Virus record (IMG/VR): IMGVR_UViG_3300030032_000362
Strand: one strand, 5' to 3'
DNA from: a virus
Lineage: Duplodnaviria; Heunggongvirae; Uroviricota; Caudoviricetes
Length of the DNA: 59,892 bases
Shown here: piece by piece, positions 38,637 through 47,545 of the stretch
How the letters are laid out: every line of letters begins with the position of its first letter
How positions within the stretch are numbered: the stretch's first letter is position 1
Made by a program: the position numbers and the translations under genes
Notes under the pieces: generated by a model
Seen by the model: only the letters and a program-made list of their open reading frames with translations
The model's database searches: none
What the model was told of the DNA's origin: nothing

Positions 38637-38966
38637 CTAATATAACTTTCCGCCAATATACAAACCATTCTTTTCTGCTGCATAATTCTTCCATAACTTC
38701 TTAAATAGTTCAACGGCTTCATTAAATAAAGCATTTTCTGTTGTTCCTTCATCATTCTTTGCAAAATCTATGAAATCCCATTCTGTTGCTTCATCTGGTA
38801 CAACATATATCCATGTCATGTAAGCTTCTTCATCATCAATATTACAAACCATAATGTGCATTGCAATAGTTGCATCAAGTCTTTCCATTTCCTTATCAGA
38901 AAAACCTTTTACTATCTCTTTCGCCTCTTCATCCCATTTTTCTAAAATCATAAAAATATCCTCCAA
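38637..38966 (-). CDS. Hypothetical phage protein
   Basis: Acidic ORF in a packed operon. Confidence 0.6.
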   Translation of the reverse strand: MEDIFMILEKWDEEAKEIVKGFSDKEMERLDATIAMHIMVCNIDDEEAYMTWIYVVPDEATEWDFIDFAKNDEGTTENALFNEAVELFKKLWKNYAAEKNGLYIGGKLY

Positions 38967-38972
38967 TCTACT

Positions 38973-39179
38973 TTAGCCTCTAGGTAAATATACCATTTTA
39001 TTATTTTCGTTTGTCACCTGAACCCAATCAATAGGTTCTCCAGAACATCGAACAAGTCCATCATGCATTGCAATATTATTTAAAACAATAGCAATTTCTT
39101 TTGCTTTTTCTAAATCTTCACCTTTCCAATATTCTACATAAACATCATTATCTTTATCATAGCCGTCAACTGTATACAT
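38973..39179 (-). CDS. Hypothetical protein
   Basis: GGAGG RBS. Confidence 0.65.
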   Translation of the reverse strand: MYTVDGYDKDNDVYVEYWKGEDLEKAKEIAIVLNNIAMHDGLVRCSGEPIDWVQVTNENNKMVYLPRG

Positions 39180-39207
39180 ATTTTTTCCTCCAATCTACAT
39201 TAAATTT

Positions 39208-39372
39208 TTAATAATCGTCTCCATCTTCAATTAACTCACCGCAGTCAGGGCAACATGGGCAACGTTCTTCTTCATCAAATGCTAAATCAGCCATTCCCAT
39301 TCGTCTCGACCATCTATATCCGCAAAATGGACATTCATAAGTATCTTCATCAATTTTTATTTTATTTGCCAT
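39208..39372 (-). CDS. Small zinc-ribbon protein (not in the ORF track)
   Basis: MANKIKIDEDTYECPFCG...CPDCGELIEDGDDY, AAAGGAG RBS. Confidence 0.65.
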   Translation of the reverse strand: MANKIKIDEDTYECPFCGYRWSRRMGMADLAFDEEERCPCCPDCGELIEDGDDY

Positions 39373-39397
39373 AATTTGCTCCTTTCTACTATAAATC

Positions 39398-39607
39398 TTA
39401 GTTTCCTTTTCTTGTATTCCAGTAATCTATTGTTTTTTCTACTGGATTTTTTGCACCTCTCATAAAACTTTTAAAACCCATTAATCCACAATCTGCACAT
39501 TGGATTTTTACATCAAATATACCTTCATATGTTGGTTCTTTTAAGTAAATTCTTTCTGAACCACACATAGGACAAGGTTTTGCCTTCCCTGTTAAATTTC
39601 TCATCAT
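39398..39607 (-). CDS. Lar-like (restriction alleviation) zinc-finger protein
   Basis: KPCPMCGS...IQCADCG...WNTR. Confidence 0.65.
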   Translation of the reverse strand: MMRNLTGKAKPCPMCGSERIYLKEPTYEGIFDVKIQCADCGLMGFKSFMRGAKNPVEKTIDYWNTRKGN

Positions 39608-39647
39608 ATTATTTAATTTCCTCACTTTCCTTTGAAATGCGAATTTC

Positions 39648-39914
39648 TTACACCTCAAAAATTCTATAATAAGCACAATCTTCCAATGCATAATTTCTAT
39701 TTTCTGTTTCTTTTGTATAGCCTTCTGCATATACAAGAACAACATCATCCTCTGACCAATCTAATACAGATGGTTCATATTCGTTTTCGTTTTTGATTGT
39801 GTTTACTTCTTCATCAAGATACTCATGAAGTGTTTTAATAGCTTCTTCCATTGTCTCACATTTCTTTGCAACACTACTTCCATCAAAATTATAAGTGATT
39901 GTAAAAATATACAT
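39648..39914 (-). CDS. Hypothetical protein
   Basis: Acidic ORF in operon. Confidence 0.65.
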   Translation of the reverse strand: MYIFTITYNFDGSSVAKKCETMEEAIKTLHEYLDEEVNTIKNENEYEPSVLDWSEDDVVLVYAEGYTKETENRNYALEDCAYYRIFEV

Positions 39915-39956
39915 TTCCCTTACCTACCTTTCTAATCTAATGAAACACGCATTTAG

Positions 39957-40271
39957 TTACCATTCTGGTGTTTGTAATTTTAATACGTTCTTCATGGCAA
40001 GTTCCATTCTTTCAATCTTACTCTTCATTTCCACTAACTTTGCCTGCATATATGCTTCTTTTTGTGTCTCAAAAAATCCTTCATAATTGGAGTCTTTAAG
40101 ATTAGATAGCAGTTCATCTACACCAAATTTTTTTATTGCATAGTCAGAAAACACTCCCTGAGACAATGCGTAATTATTTCCGTGTTTCTTTTTCTCGTTG
40201 GCGTTTAATTTGTAGATTCCCCAACTTCTTTCTAATAACTCACTCTTTTTAATTTCTTGTACCAATTTCAT
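39957..40271 (-). CDS. Hypothetical protein
   Basis: ORF in operon. Confidence 0.65.
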   Translation of the reverse strand: MKLVQEIKKSELLERSWGIYKLNANEKKKHGNNYALSQGVFSDYAIKKFGVDELLSNLKDSNYEGFFETQKEAYMQAKLVEMKSKIERMELAMKNVLKLQTPEW

Positions 40272-40337
40272 TCTTCTTACCTTCCTTTCCAAAAGAAATA
40301 TCCATTTACTCAATTACATTTCTCAAAACTCTTTCAA

Positions 40338-40544
40338 TTAGATTAAATATAGTTGAATCGAATCTGTTTTAACAATACAACTCTTCCAATTTGTATTTGC
40401 ATCAACATCTCCAATATACTCATTAAAATAAGTTGTCACTTCTTTTCCATCTTCTGTTGAGTGAGAACTTCCCACTCTCCCTACTACTTCTTTATTATCT
40501 TCATATCTCCTAGCTTTATAAAAGAATTTCTTTTCGTTAATCAT
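40338..40544 (-). CDS. Hypothetical protein (YopX-like N-terminus)
   Basis: FFYKARRYEDNKEVVG. Confidence 0.55.
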   Translation of the reverse strand: MINEKKFFYKARRYEDNKEVVGRVGSSHSTEDGKEVTTYFNEYIGDVDANTNWKSCIVKTDSIQLYLI

Positions 40545-40586
40545 ATAACTTCTCCTTTCTCAGTTAAAAAATCAAATTTACTTCTC

Positions 40587-41255
40587 TTATACTTCTACAA
40601 TAAATCGTCTTCCTTTCGTCCAATTTGCCGCTTCCAATGCATCATCAGATACATTCAGCCTTACTACCAAATCTCCATTTTTAATATAATAACTTGTATT
40701 ATCATATTTCTGATTGAACAACTGTTTAAATTCTTTCTTCATTTGTTCTACTTTTATTCTGCGTTTCTTTGTTAATTCCGCATCGTAATCAAAAGTATTA
40801 CTATAGTTATACATCAATGGAGTGTTAACTGTATCTTTTGTACAATCTGCAAAGACTCTATATCCGGCAAGATTATCAAGTACAACAATCTCATCAAAAT
40901 CAGTATTGCAATGTTCATTTACAAATGCAAGAATATTTGCTTTTGTATATTTCATTTTTAATTCCGCATTGCGTTCGCAGCTTAATCGTGAATAATTTAC
41001 ATCATCAATTTTAGGGTCACTCGTTATATAATGGCAAAAATTACAATAAATATATCCATCTTCTGTTGTTATTATTATTTTTGGACTTTCTAACTTTCCT
41101 GCTACTCTATATTTTACTCTTGTATGTTTGCATCCTGAAGACATTTCAAGATAAATTTTTTCACCTGCTTTATTAGTAAATGCTGTTCTAATTCTACAAT
41201 TCTCAACGTCATTTGCCGGGACGCATCCGGCTCCTTCAAAATATAATGTTTTCAT
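40587..41255 (-). CDS. Hypothetical protein
   Basis: AAAGGAG RBS before MKTLYFEGAG. Confidence 0.75.
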   Translation of the reverse strand: MKTLYFEGAGCVPANDVENCRIRTAFTNKAGEKIYLEMSSGCKHTRVKYRVAGKLESPKIIITTEDGYIYCNFCHYITSDPKIDDVNYSRLSCERNAELKMKYTKANILAFVNEHCNTDFDEIVVLDNLAGYRVFADCTKDTVNTPLMYNYSNTFDYDAELTKKRRIKVEQMKKEFKQLFNQKYDNTSYYIKNGDLVVRLNVSDDALEAANWTKGRRFIVEV

Positions 41256-41293
41256 ATCATTTTCTCCTTTCAAAATTAGTTGACACAGGCTGA

Positions 41294-41830
41294 TTAAATC
41301 AGCCCATGCTCTTCCATAAATAATTTGCTGAATTCATATCTCTCCGGACAATACTTTTTAATATCGTCCAATGTGTATCCAACTTCCAGTAATTCCATAA
41401 AGAAATCCAGTTCATCCGTCTGACTTTCTACTACTTCGTTGAATCGAGCGGTAAGTTTTTCCGCTATATCAACTTCAAAACGATATTTGTCCGTTGTCAT
41501 CCAACCAGATAATCCATAATTGTTCTTACAGAAATCATAAGATGGCGCCATATATAATTCATATTCCGGGTCATCCTTCAGATAACGGGCCCCGTCATAA
41601 TATGTATCATCTAAAATATTTCCGCCAATTCCCAAAAACGCAAGCCAAGATTCATTTGTTCCTTCAGACTCCTTTACTAATGTTTTTGCTTCTTCTTTAG
41701 AAATATCATAGGTACATAAAGCGCCTGCATCATTGTATACTGAAACAAAAGTTTCCGTTTCAGGATTATACAAATCAATTCCTTTGCTAATCAAGTTATA
41801 CATGTCTTTCCAATTTTTAAATTTCATCAT
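41294..41830 (-). CDS. Hypothetical protein
   Basis: ORF coupled to the DUF3841-like gene; start approximate. Confidence 0.7.
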   Translation of the reverse strand: MMKFKNWKDMYNLISKGIDLYNPETETFVSVYNDAGALCTYDISKEEAKTLVKESEGTNESWLAFLGIGGNILDDTYYDGARYLKDDPEYELYMAPSYDFCKNNYGLSGWMTTDKYRFEVDIAEKLTARFNEVVESQTDELDFFMELLEVGYTLDDIKKYCPERYEFSKLFMEEHGLI

Positions 41831-42401
41831 CTTCCATCTCCTTGTCAATAAAATATGTTACATTTTGCAAATACTCCGGTTTAATTTCCCAAAAAGTTGC
41901 TTGAATATATTGTCCGTTTATAACCCAATCAGAATTAATTGGAGTTACATTAAATATCTTCTCCCAACTTTTTTTCATAATTATTTTCTTCTTGCTAAGC
42001 GGCAAAGAATCAAACCATTTATGATTTTCTTTCCATTCAGCTTCGTTTTTCCCATCAGCTAGATAATAACCATTAAGAACGGCGTGCCAATTATCAAAAT
42101 CAGATAATAGCACTTGTTCATCCGGAACCTCTAATTCAAGACAAGCATATTTTGTTCCCGGAATACCAAACCCACCTTCTTCAAGATTAAGTTTTCGCTT
42201 CCAATCATATGTATGCCATGCCCAGATAGGAAAAACAACATTGGACGGTTTAGGAAATCTTTTTCTCATTTGAATCACCATCCAAGCGTATGCTTCTTTT
42301 AACTCTACAGAAAAGCCACTTTTTTCTGGGTCACAGATAAATGTCTTTCCTTCTTTTAGCAGTTTAGCCACTTCAACCGGCTGAATGCTATAAAGTTTCA
42401 T
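41817..42401 (-). CDS. DUF3841-like protein
   Basis: PIWAW, VLLSDFDNWHAVLN, SWEKIF, QATFWEI. Confidence 0.8.
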   Translation of the reverse strand: MKLYSIQPVEVAKLLKEGKTFICDPEKSGFSVELKEAYAWMVIQMRKRFPKPSNVVFPIWAWHTYDWKRKLNLEEGGFGIPGTKYACLELEVPDEQVLLSDFDNWHAVLNGYYLADGKNEAEWKENHKWFDSLPLSKKKIIMKKSWEKIFNVTPINSDWVINGQYIQATFWEIKPEYLQNVTYFIDKEMEDDEI

Positions 42402-42514
42402 AGTGCTCTCCTTCCTGTTCAGTTTTATGAACTCCTATTTTTTTAATTGATATTTATAATATGTCTGTATTCTATAAGTAATAAAAAAGCGCCGGGATAT
42501 CCCGACGCCAAAAA

Positions 42515-42961
42515 TTAAATCAGATTAAGAAAAATGAGGCCGTAAAAAATGACTTTATACAGACTTTCAAAAAATTCTTTGTAAAAGCTTTTTTGTTTCT
42601 TTATATTTAACATGTCATTTTTTGTTTTACGAATGAATATAATATCTCTTACAATATAAATAGACTGCCATATAATCAAAACAGCCGCCATTATATAAAT
42701 AATGACATTTGCACATATTGACGCTAGGCAAAAGTACCCAAAGCCCCAAAATACATGAAGAGCAATTTTGAACGATACTGATATATAAAGAATTTTATTT
42801 CTTTTTTTACCATCAAACGTACTCATTCTTTTTTTATCTTCATCCGAAAAACATACTTCTTCTTCATATGTTCCTTTCCATTTTGCTACAAAAAGCGAAA
42901 TGCAGTATAATAAAGAAGAAAAAATCAATACACCAATACCAAAAATTAATAACTTTGTCAT
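42515..42961 (-). CDS. Hypothetical membrane protein
   Basis: Several hydrophobic helices, AGGAGG RBS. Confidence 0.7.
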   Translation of the reverse strand: MTKLLIFGIGVLIFSSLLYCISLFVAKWKGTYEEEVCFSDEDKKRMSTFDGKKRNKILYISVSFKIALHVFWGFGYFCLASICANVIIYIMAAVLIIWQSIYIVRDIIFIRKTKNDMLNIKKQKSFYKEFFESLYKVIFYGLIFLNLI

Positions 42962-42985
42962 AATAATTACCTCCTGTTTTATAAG

Positions 42986-43297
42986 TTAGCGCTTTACTAA
43001 TACATATCCTAATAAGCTGCCTACAATCGAAGCTAAAATCACTAAACAAAAAGAAGTTTCTTCGTCTTCTGTATTTTTTGTTTCTTTTTTAGATTTTGTT
43101 TCTTCTTTTGCTGCTTTGGTTCCGTTTTCATATCCACGTTCCCATGCGTCCTGAACTGCGTTAAGAGAAACAGTAGGCGTAGCAGTTGCCTTAGCTTTAG
43201 CGACATCATTATTTTTCAAAGAGAAACATGCCAATGCGCAAATCATACAAAATACCAATGCTGCACGCGGCATTATTCTATGTAACTTATTTTTCAT
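42986..43297 (-). CDS. Hypothetical exported/membrane protein
   Basis: Signal-like N-terminus, C-terminal TM; start approximate. Confidence 0.6.
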   Translation of the reverse strand: MKNKLHRIMPRAALVFCMICALACFSLKNNDVAKAKATATPTVSLNAVQDAWERGYENGTKAAKEETKSKKETKNTEDEETSFCLVILASIVGSLLGYVLVKR

Positions 43298-43380
43298 TTT
43301 TAAGGCCTCCTTAATATTTAAACGTAACATAACATTTATTACAAATTTGACTATTTCTTTTGCATTTGATTTTCAAGTGC

Positions 43381-43575
43381 CTAAATTGCTATTTTTACGC
43401 TTTCAATATGTTCGCCTTTGGTTCCTTGTATATAACACAAATCACAGTTAGCACATCTTCCGTTATTGCAATCTTCATAAATGCCACGAACCTGTCTCTC
43501 TTTGCATTTAAGATGCGCTTTTAGTTTTTCTAAAGCTTCACTCTCTGTCATCTTCTTTTCTTTTTCATTTTGCAT
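43381..43575 (-). CDS. Hypothetical phage protein
   Basis: AAGGAGG RBS, Cys motif. Confidence 0.55.
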   Translation of the reverse strand: MQNEKEKKMTESEALEKLKAHLKCKERQVRGIYEDCNNGRCANCDLCYIQGTKGEHIESVKIAI

Positions 43576-43587
43576 AATTAGTCCTCC

Positions 43588-43932
43588 TTATCTTAATTCA
43601 ATAACAACATCATCCTGTGCAAGATACAAACGTTCTTCGAGTTTTTCATTATAAATCCCCGGTAAAACTTCAATAGCTCCGGTAACTCGAACGACAGTAA
43701 AATCTTCTGCTTTCACTATCCAGTTCGTATTTATTACAACTGATTTGCCACGATATGTTGTAAGATGCATTAATCCATTTGTAATCTCTGCTCTTTTTAC
43801 ATATTCGTACCATGCATCTCCATTACCCACACTCATATAAAGACGAGTGATTTTGGTATATTCCGGTTCTCCGGTCCATACCATATTCGGATTCCATGGC
43901 TTCAATACAACGTGTCCTTCTAAAGTTTTCAT
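43588..43932 (-). CDS. Hypothetical protein
   Basis: AGGAGG RBS, motif upstream at 43995. Confidence 0.7.
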   Translation of the reverse strand: MKTLEGHVVLKPWNPNMVWTGEPEYTKITRLYMSVGNGDAWYEYVKRAEITNGLMHLTTYRGKSVVINTNWIVKAEDFTVVRVTGAIEVLPGIYNEKLEERLYLAQDDVVIELR

Positions 43933-44129
43933 TTTGTAACCTCCTAGTTTGTTTGATTTTTTTGTGTTCTCCTTATTTTTGAAAACCTTAGATTTAATAT
44001 GTCTGTTAATCTCTTCTTATAAAAAAGCGTCAAGGTAAATCCCCGACGCCTAAAAAGTCAAATAAGATTAAAGAACAAGATTCCGTAAAAGCAGATTTTA
44101 AGAATTCTCGAAATCATTTGTTGCTTAAA

Positions 44130-44288
44130 TCATGACTGCTTTTGCTTCATCTTCCGAATCATACTCATTTGGACTTCTGTTTCTTCCGTTTCTTCCATTT
44201 CATCGGAAATAAACGCCAGAATAACCCATGCCAGAACAAGCTCTATAAGCAAAATTGCCGCCAAAACAAAACAAACAATATCTATCAT
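44130..44288 (-). CDS. Small membrane protein
   Basis: MIDIVCFVLAAILL.. after AAAGGAG. Confidence 0.5.
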   Translation of the reverse strand: MIDIVCFVLAAILLIELVLAWVILAFISDEMEETEETEVQMSMIRKMKQKQS

Positions 44289-44755
44289 ATTTTGTTCTCC
44301 TTTTTTCCACATCTTTTCAAAATCTCTTGATTATAAAGCCTTTGCTTTTCATCCATTTCCCTTGATTGAGCGGACTGTGTTAAAATAATTTTGTTGTCTT
44401 TTTCGTCAAATGTAATATACGACCAATCAATTTTAGAAGCATTATCTATCAATGATTTATAATTAAGCGTTCGGTTATCATATACAATGGCAATTTTGTT
44501 TTCCTCGGCCGCGTTTATCGCTTTTTTACACGGTAAATTTTCAGTATCAAAAGCTAGTTCTATAGTAAACACGGATGTGAGAATGATAATAGTAATAAAA
44601 AAAACAGAAAAAGTAATACGGTTTTCATCCGTTTTAACGTGAATAAAAAGGCAAATTAATATCGTAAGCGTAATTAGGATGGTAAAAACGGAATTAAAAC
44701 CGCCAATAATGCCTACCTCTTTATGTAACTCATTTATGATTTCTGTTGCATTCAT
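44285..44755 (-). CDS. Hypothetical membrane protein
   Basis: Two TM helices, AAGGAGG RBS. Confidence 0.65.
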   Translation of the reverse strand: MNATEIINELHKEVGIIGGFNSVFTILITLTILICLFIHVKTDENRITFSVFFITIIILTSVFTIELAFDTENLPCKKAINAAEENKIAIVYDNRTLNYKSLIDNASKIDWSYITFDEKDNKIILTQSAQSREMDEKQRLYNQEILKRCGKKENKI

Positions 44756-45235
44756 TTTCATCCTCCTTCTTTTTGCATTTTGCAAAACATTTTGATTATA
44801 AAGTCGATGCATTTTGTCTTCTGTTCGAGACGGTTCATTTGATTGTTCTATAATAATTTTATTGTCCTTGTTATTATTTCAATATTTCCTCGGAATAGAT
44901 GCTTTTCCGTCCGGATTATAAATTCGCGCCCATTTTTGTATAGAACGCCATACTCTCCATTCAAGCAAATCATCCTTATTTACTTCTTGGAAACAAAAAC
45001 AATCTTCTTGAATAACTTTTTTGCCTTTGTTTTTTTGGATTGAATATTGCATCCAAAAGTCGGTTTCCGGGAGTATTTCCCGTAACTGGATAATCGTCTT
45101 GGATAATAGTGCCTTTTTTAAAAAACGTACACAAAAGATATTCGTCTCCCCAATCTTAGGAAGTCCTAAATCCTAAGACTTCCTCTCCGTTTTTTGGTTT
45201 TTTGCTTACGTCATTCCATTTCATACATGACCTCC

Positions 45236-45457
45236 CTACTTAATTAACGTATATTTCGCATACTGCATTTTCGTTCCATAGCGGTCAACGCCTTTCTGCG
45301 GAACAGATATAATCATATATCCGGCTTTTCGCAGATTAAAAATAATTGCCGATAATCGTGTTGCGCCGAATAAGTTAATGGCTTCAATAGAAGTAATACT
45401 TCCTTTTGCCTGTAGATGATTCAATACTGCTTTCGTTTTTCCTTTTGTTGCTACCAC
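45236..45457 (-). CDS. Winged helix-turn-helix protein
   Basis: VLNHLQAKGSITSIEA..GATRLSAIIFNLRKAGY. Confidence 0.8.
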   Translation of the reverse strand: MVATKGKTKAVLNHLQAKGSITSIEAINLFGATRLSAIIFNLRKAGYMIISVPQKGVDRYGTKMQYAKYTLIK

Positions 45458-45461
45458 AGTT

Positions 45462-45857
45462 TTATTCCTCCTTTTCTTTAAGCGACAAGGCTTCTCCGCC
45501 CTTGATTTCTCCGATGACGAAATAATCCAAATCTGTCAACAAGCCATTTCGTGCTAAATCTTTTAGGTCAAATTGGATTTCATTCTGCCGGCGGCTAGTA
45601 ACTACATGTTGAAACATTAAATCCAGATGCTTATTGGAAAATAACTCTTCATTTTCCTGAATAACTTTTACTTTCTCATATGCAATGTCACCATCTTCGC
45701 ATATGATGTCAATTCCCACTTCATCATGCATGAGCTGCCAATATGAAACAAAAACCTTCGCACAATTGGCTTCAGCAAGCAACAACATGGTAAACTCTGA
45801 ATTTGCTTTTCCTGTTTCGCTTCTCTCAAAAGTAACAATATTTTTTCTTCGTTTCAT
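45462..45857 (-). CDS. Chimeric ORF containing a CpaF/TadA/VirB11 ATPase fragment
   Basis: IQENEELFS..DLARNGLLTDLDYFVIGEIKGGEA; no Walker A. Confidence 0.55.
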   Translation of the reverse strand: MKRRKNIVTFERSETGKANSEFTMLLLAEANCAKVFVSYWQLMHDEVGIDIICEDGDIAYEKVKVIQENEELFSNKHLDLMFQHVVTSRRQNEIQFDLKDLARNGLLTDLDYFVIGEIKGGEALSLKEKEE

Positions 45858-46112
45858 AGCCGTCTCCTTTTTAATGATAAATGTCCTTATGTTCTATATC
45901 TTTCATAAAAAACACCGCCTTTCATATCCTTTATTACTAATATGTCTGTTTTGCAAGAAAACAAAAATCATATTATGAGAAAAATTATTTGCTCATTTAC
46001 AAATTTTGTATTATAATACAATTGATAGTTCTTCATTACCTTACGAGGCCGAAGACATATTTTATGAGGAGCTTTGGCTCCTCATTTATTTTTATAAGGA
46101 AGAAGGGAAAAT

Positions 46113-46421
46113 ATGGGAACTTTAATAATTGATGAGCAATCATATATTATTAAAAAAATTAGTACAACTATTGAAGGGAAACGTTTACTTTTAGAATTTG
46201 AAACGTCAACAAACGAAACAAAAAAATATTATATATTTGCTGATGAAAGATATTCCGATATAATTTTAACTTATGAATTTATTCAAGATAAAATTATTAA
46301 CACAATAAAGGATAATCAACCATTTGTAATATGTGACGAATATCCACGTCCACAAATTAGAATCGGAAATTCTGAGAAGGACACAACATTAAGACAATTT
46401 TCTATACGTAGAACTATATAA
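46113..46421 (+). CDS. AT-rich hypothetical protein, against the element's main strand
   Basis: TTGCTC-17-TATAAT promoter (45989-46017), leader hairpin 46064-46085, RBS, downstream terminator 46432-46461. Confidence 0.6.
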   Translation: MGTLIIDEQSYIIKKISTTIEGKRLLLEFETSTNETKKYYIFADERYSDIILTYEFIQDKIINTIKDNQPFVICDEYPRPQIRIGNSEKDTTLRQFSIRRTI

Positions 46422-46460
46422 TATGTAAATTAAAGCCATGGGTTAATCGCTCATGGCTTT

Positions 46461-46982
46461 TTACAAATGTTTTATCATGTTTAATGTTTTCGTTATTACT
46501 TTTCCGGCCATTGCTCGTGAAACTCCAACTCTCTTAGCAATTTCACGATATGTTATTCCCTGCAAAAATAAGCGAAAAATATAATAATCTCTTTCGGATA
46601 AAGTGCTTTTACATTTTTGCAGTACCTCACTGACTAATACTTTTTCTATGGCAGCAGCTTCTGTATTTTCATCGGACGGAATAAAATCAAGCAATGATTC
46701 TGATTCGTCTGTTTTTAACACTTGGTCGTAATATAACAACCGGTCTTTAGGAATTTCACCCTGCCTTTGCATTCGGTTCCATTCTTTAGAAAATTCATTG
46801 TACATACAACGGTAAGCGTATGTACTAAAAGCGCAATTGTCTTTATTATATGATATTACAGCATTACAAAAACCAATTGCGGCGATACCAAACCATTCTT
46901 CTTCCGAAAGGCTGTGTGTTGCCAAAAATGAAAAAATAAGTTTATAATTTTTTTCTGCCAAACATTTTTGCTCTTCCGTCAA
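46461..46982 (-). CDS. Small sigma-70 family factor (regions 2 and 4)
   Basis: GIAAIGFCNAVISY..AFSTYAYRCMYNE; LSERD..GITYREIAKRVGVSRA. Confidence 0.85.
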   Translation of the reverse strand: MTEEQKCLAEKNYKLIFSFLATHSLSEEEWFGIAAIGFCNAVISYNKDNCAFSTYAYRCMYNEFSKEWNRMQRQGEIPKDRLLYYDQVLKTDESESLLDFIPSDENTEAAAIEKVLVSEVLQKCKSTLSERDYYIFRLFLQGITYREIAKRVGVSRAMAGKVITKTLNMIKHL

Positions 46983-47022
46983 TTATTAAACATCCTTTCG
47001 TTTCTATTGCATTAGGGGCATA

Positions 47023-47158
47023 TTTTTGTGTCTACATATTATAAAATATACAAATCTTGGAAAATGATTTTTGTGTTTATATATTAAAAAATACATAAAT
47101 TTAGGAAAATCAGTGGCTGAAAATGATTTTTGTGCCTATATATCTAAAAATACATAAA
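47023..47158 (-). CRISPR. Degenerate CRISPR-like mini-array 2 (three ~24-bp repeats)
   Basis: + strand units gtctacatattataaaatatacaa (47030), gtttatatattaaaaaatacataa (47075), gcctatatatctaaaaatacataa (47134); follows scaffold copy C. Confidence 0.5.
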
Positions 47159-47208
47159 CTTTAGTGAGTAGTATAACACCCTCACCATTCGGGCGCAAAA
47201 TCGCCCGC
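47159..47208 (-). ncRNA. tracrRNA-like scaffold, copy C
   Basis: GCGGGCG-ATTTTG-CGCCCG-AAT-GGTGAG..CTCACT-AAAG, two hairpins. Confidence 0.65.
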
Positions 47209-47216
47209 AAGAAAAA

Positions 47217-47340
47217 TTATACTATTTCTATTTCTTCTTCAATTCCAAATTATCATTTGCCATTGTCAATTCACTTTGCTTTAAATAAAAATCTATCTTT
47301 CATATTTTCTCTCCTTAATCTTGCAAATCTTCAATTTCTT
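47217..47340 (-). pseudogene. YopX-like 5' remnant fused to a duplicated cas12f 3' end
   Basis: 47291-47340 nearly matches 31349-31400; reads MKDRFLFKAK*IDNGK**FGIEEEIEIV* versus Cas12f end GIEEEIETV*. Confidence 0.7.
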
Positions 47341-47342
47341 AA

Positions 47343-47486
47343 TTTTTGTGTCTACATATCTAAAAATACATACAATTTGAAAAAATCAGTAGCTGAAAAT
47401 ACTTTTTGTACTTATATATCTAAAAATACATAAATTATCAGTAGCTGAATGTGATTTTTGCGTCTACATATCTAAAAATATATAAG
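47343..47486 (-). CRISPR. Degenerate CRISPR-like mini-array 1 (three ~24-bp repeats)
   Basis: + strand units gtctacatatctaaaaatacatac (47350), acttatatatctaaaaatacataa (47410), gtctacatatctaaaaatatataa (47462). Confidence 0.5.
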
Positions 47487-47536
47487 CTTTAGTGAGTAGT
47501 TTTGAACTCTCACTATTCGGGGGCAAAATCACCCGC
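47487..47536 (-). ncRNA. tracrRNA-like scaffold, copy B
   Basis: GCGGGTG-ATTTTG-CCCCCG-AAT-AGTGAG..CTCACT-AAAG directly after the cas12f stop. Confidence 0.65.
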
Positions 47537-47545
47537 AAGAAAAGA

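Noticed and set aside
47023..47486. Canonical adaptive CRISPR array
   Set aside because: Repeats are degenerate, spacing is irregular (45-60 bp), spacers are related to each other and no cas1/cas2 is present; kept only as CRISPR-like.
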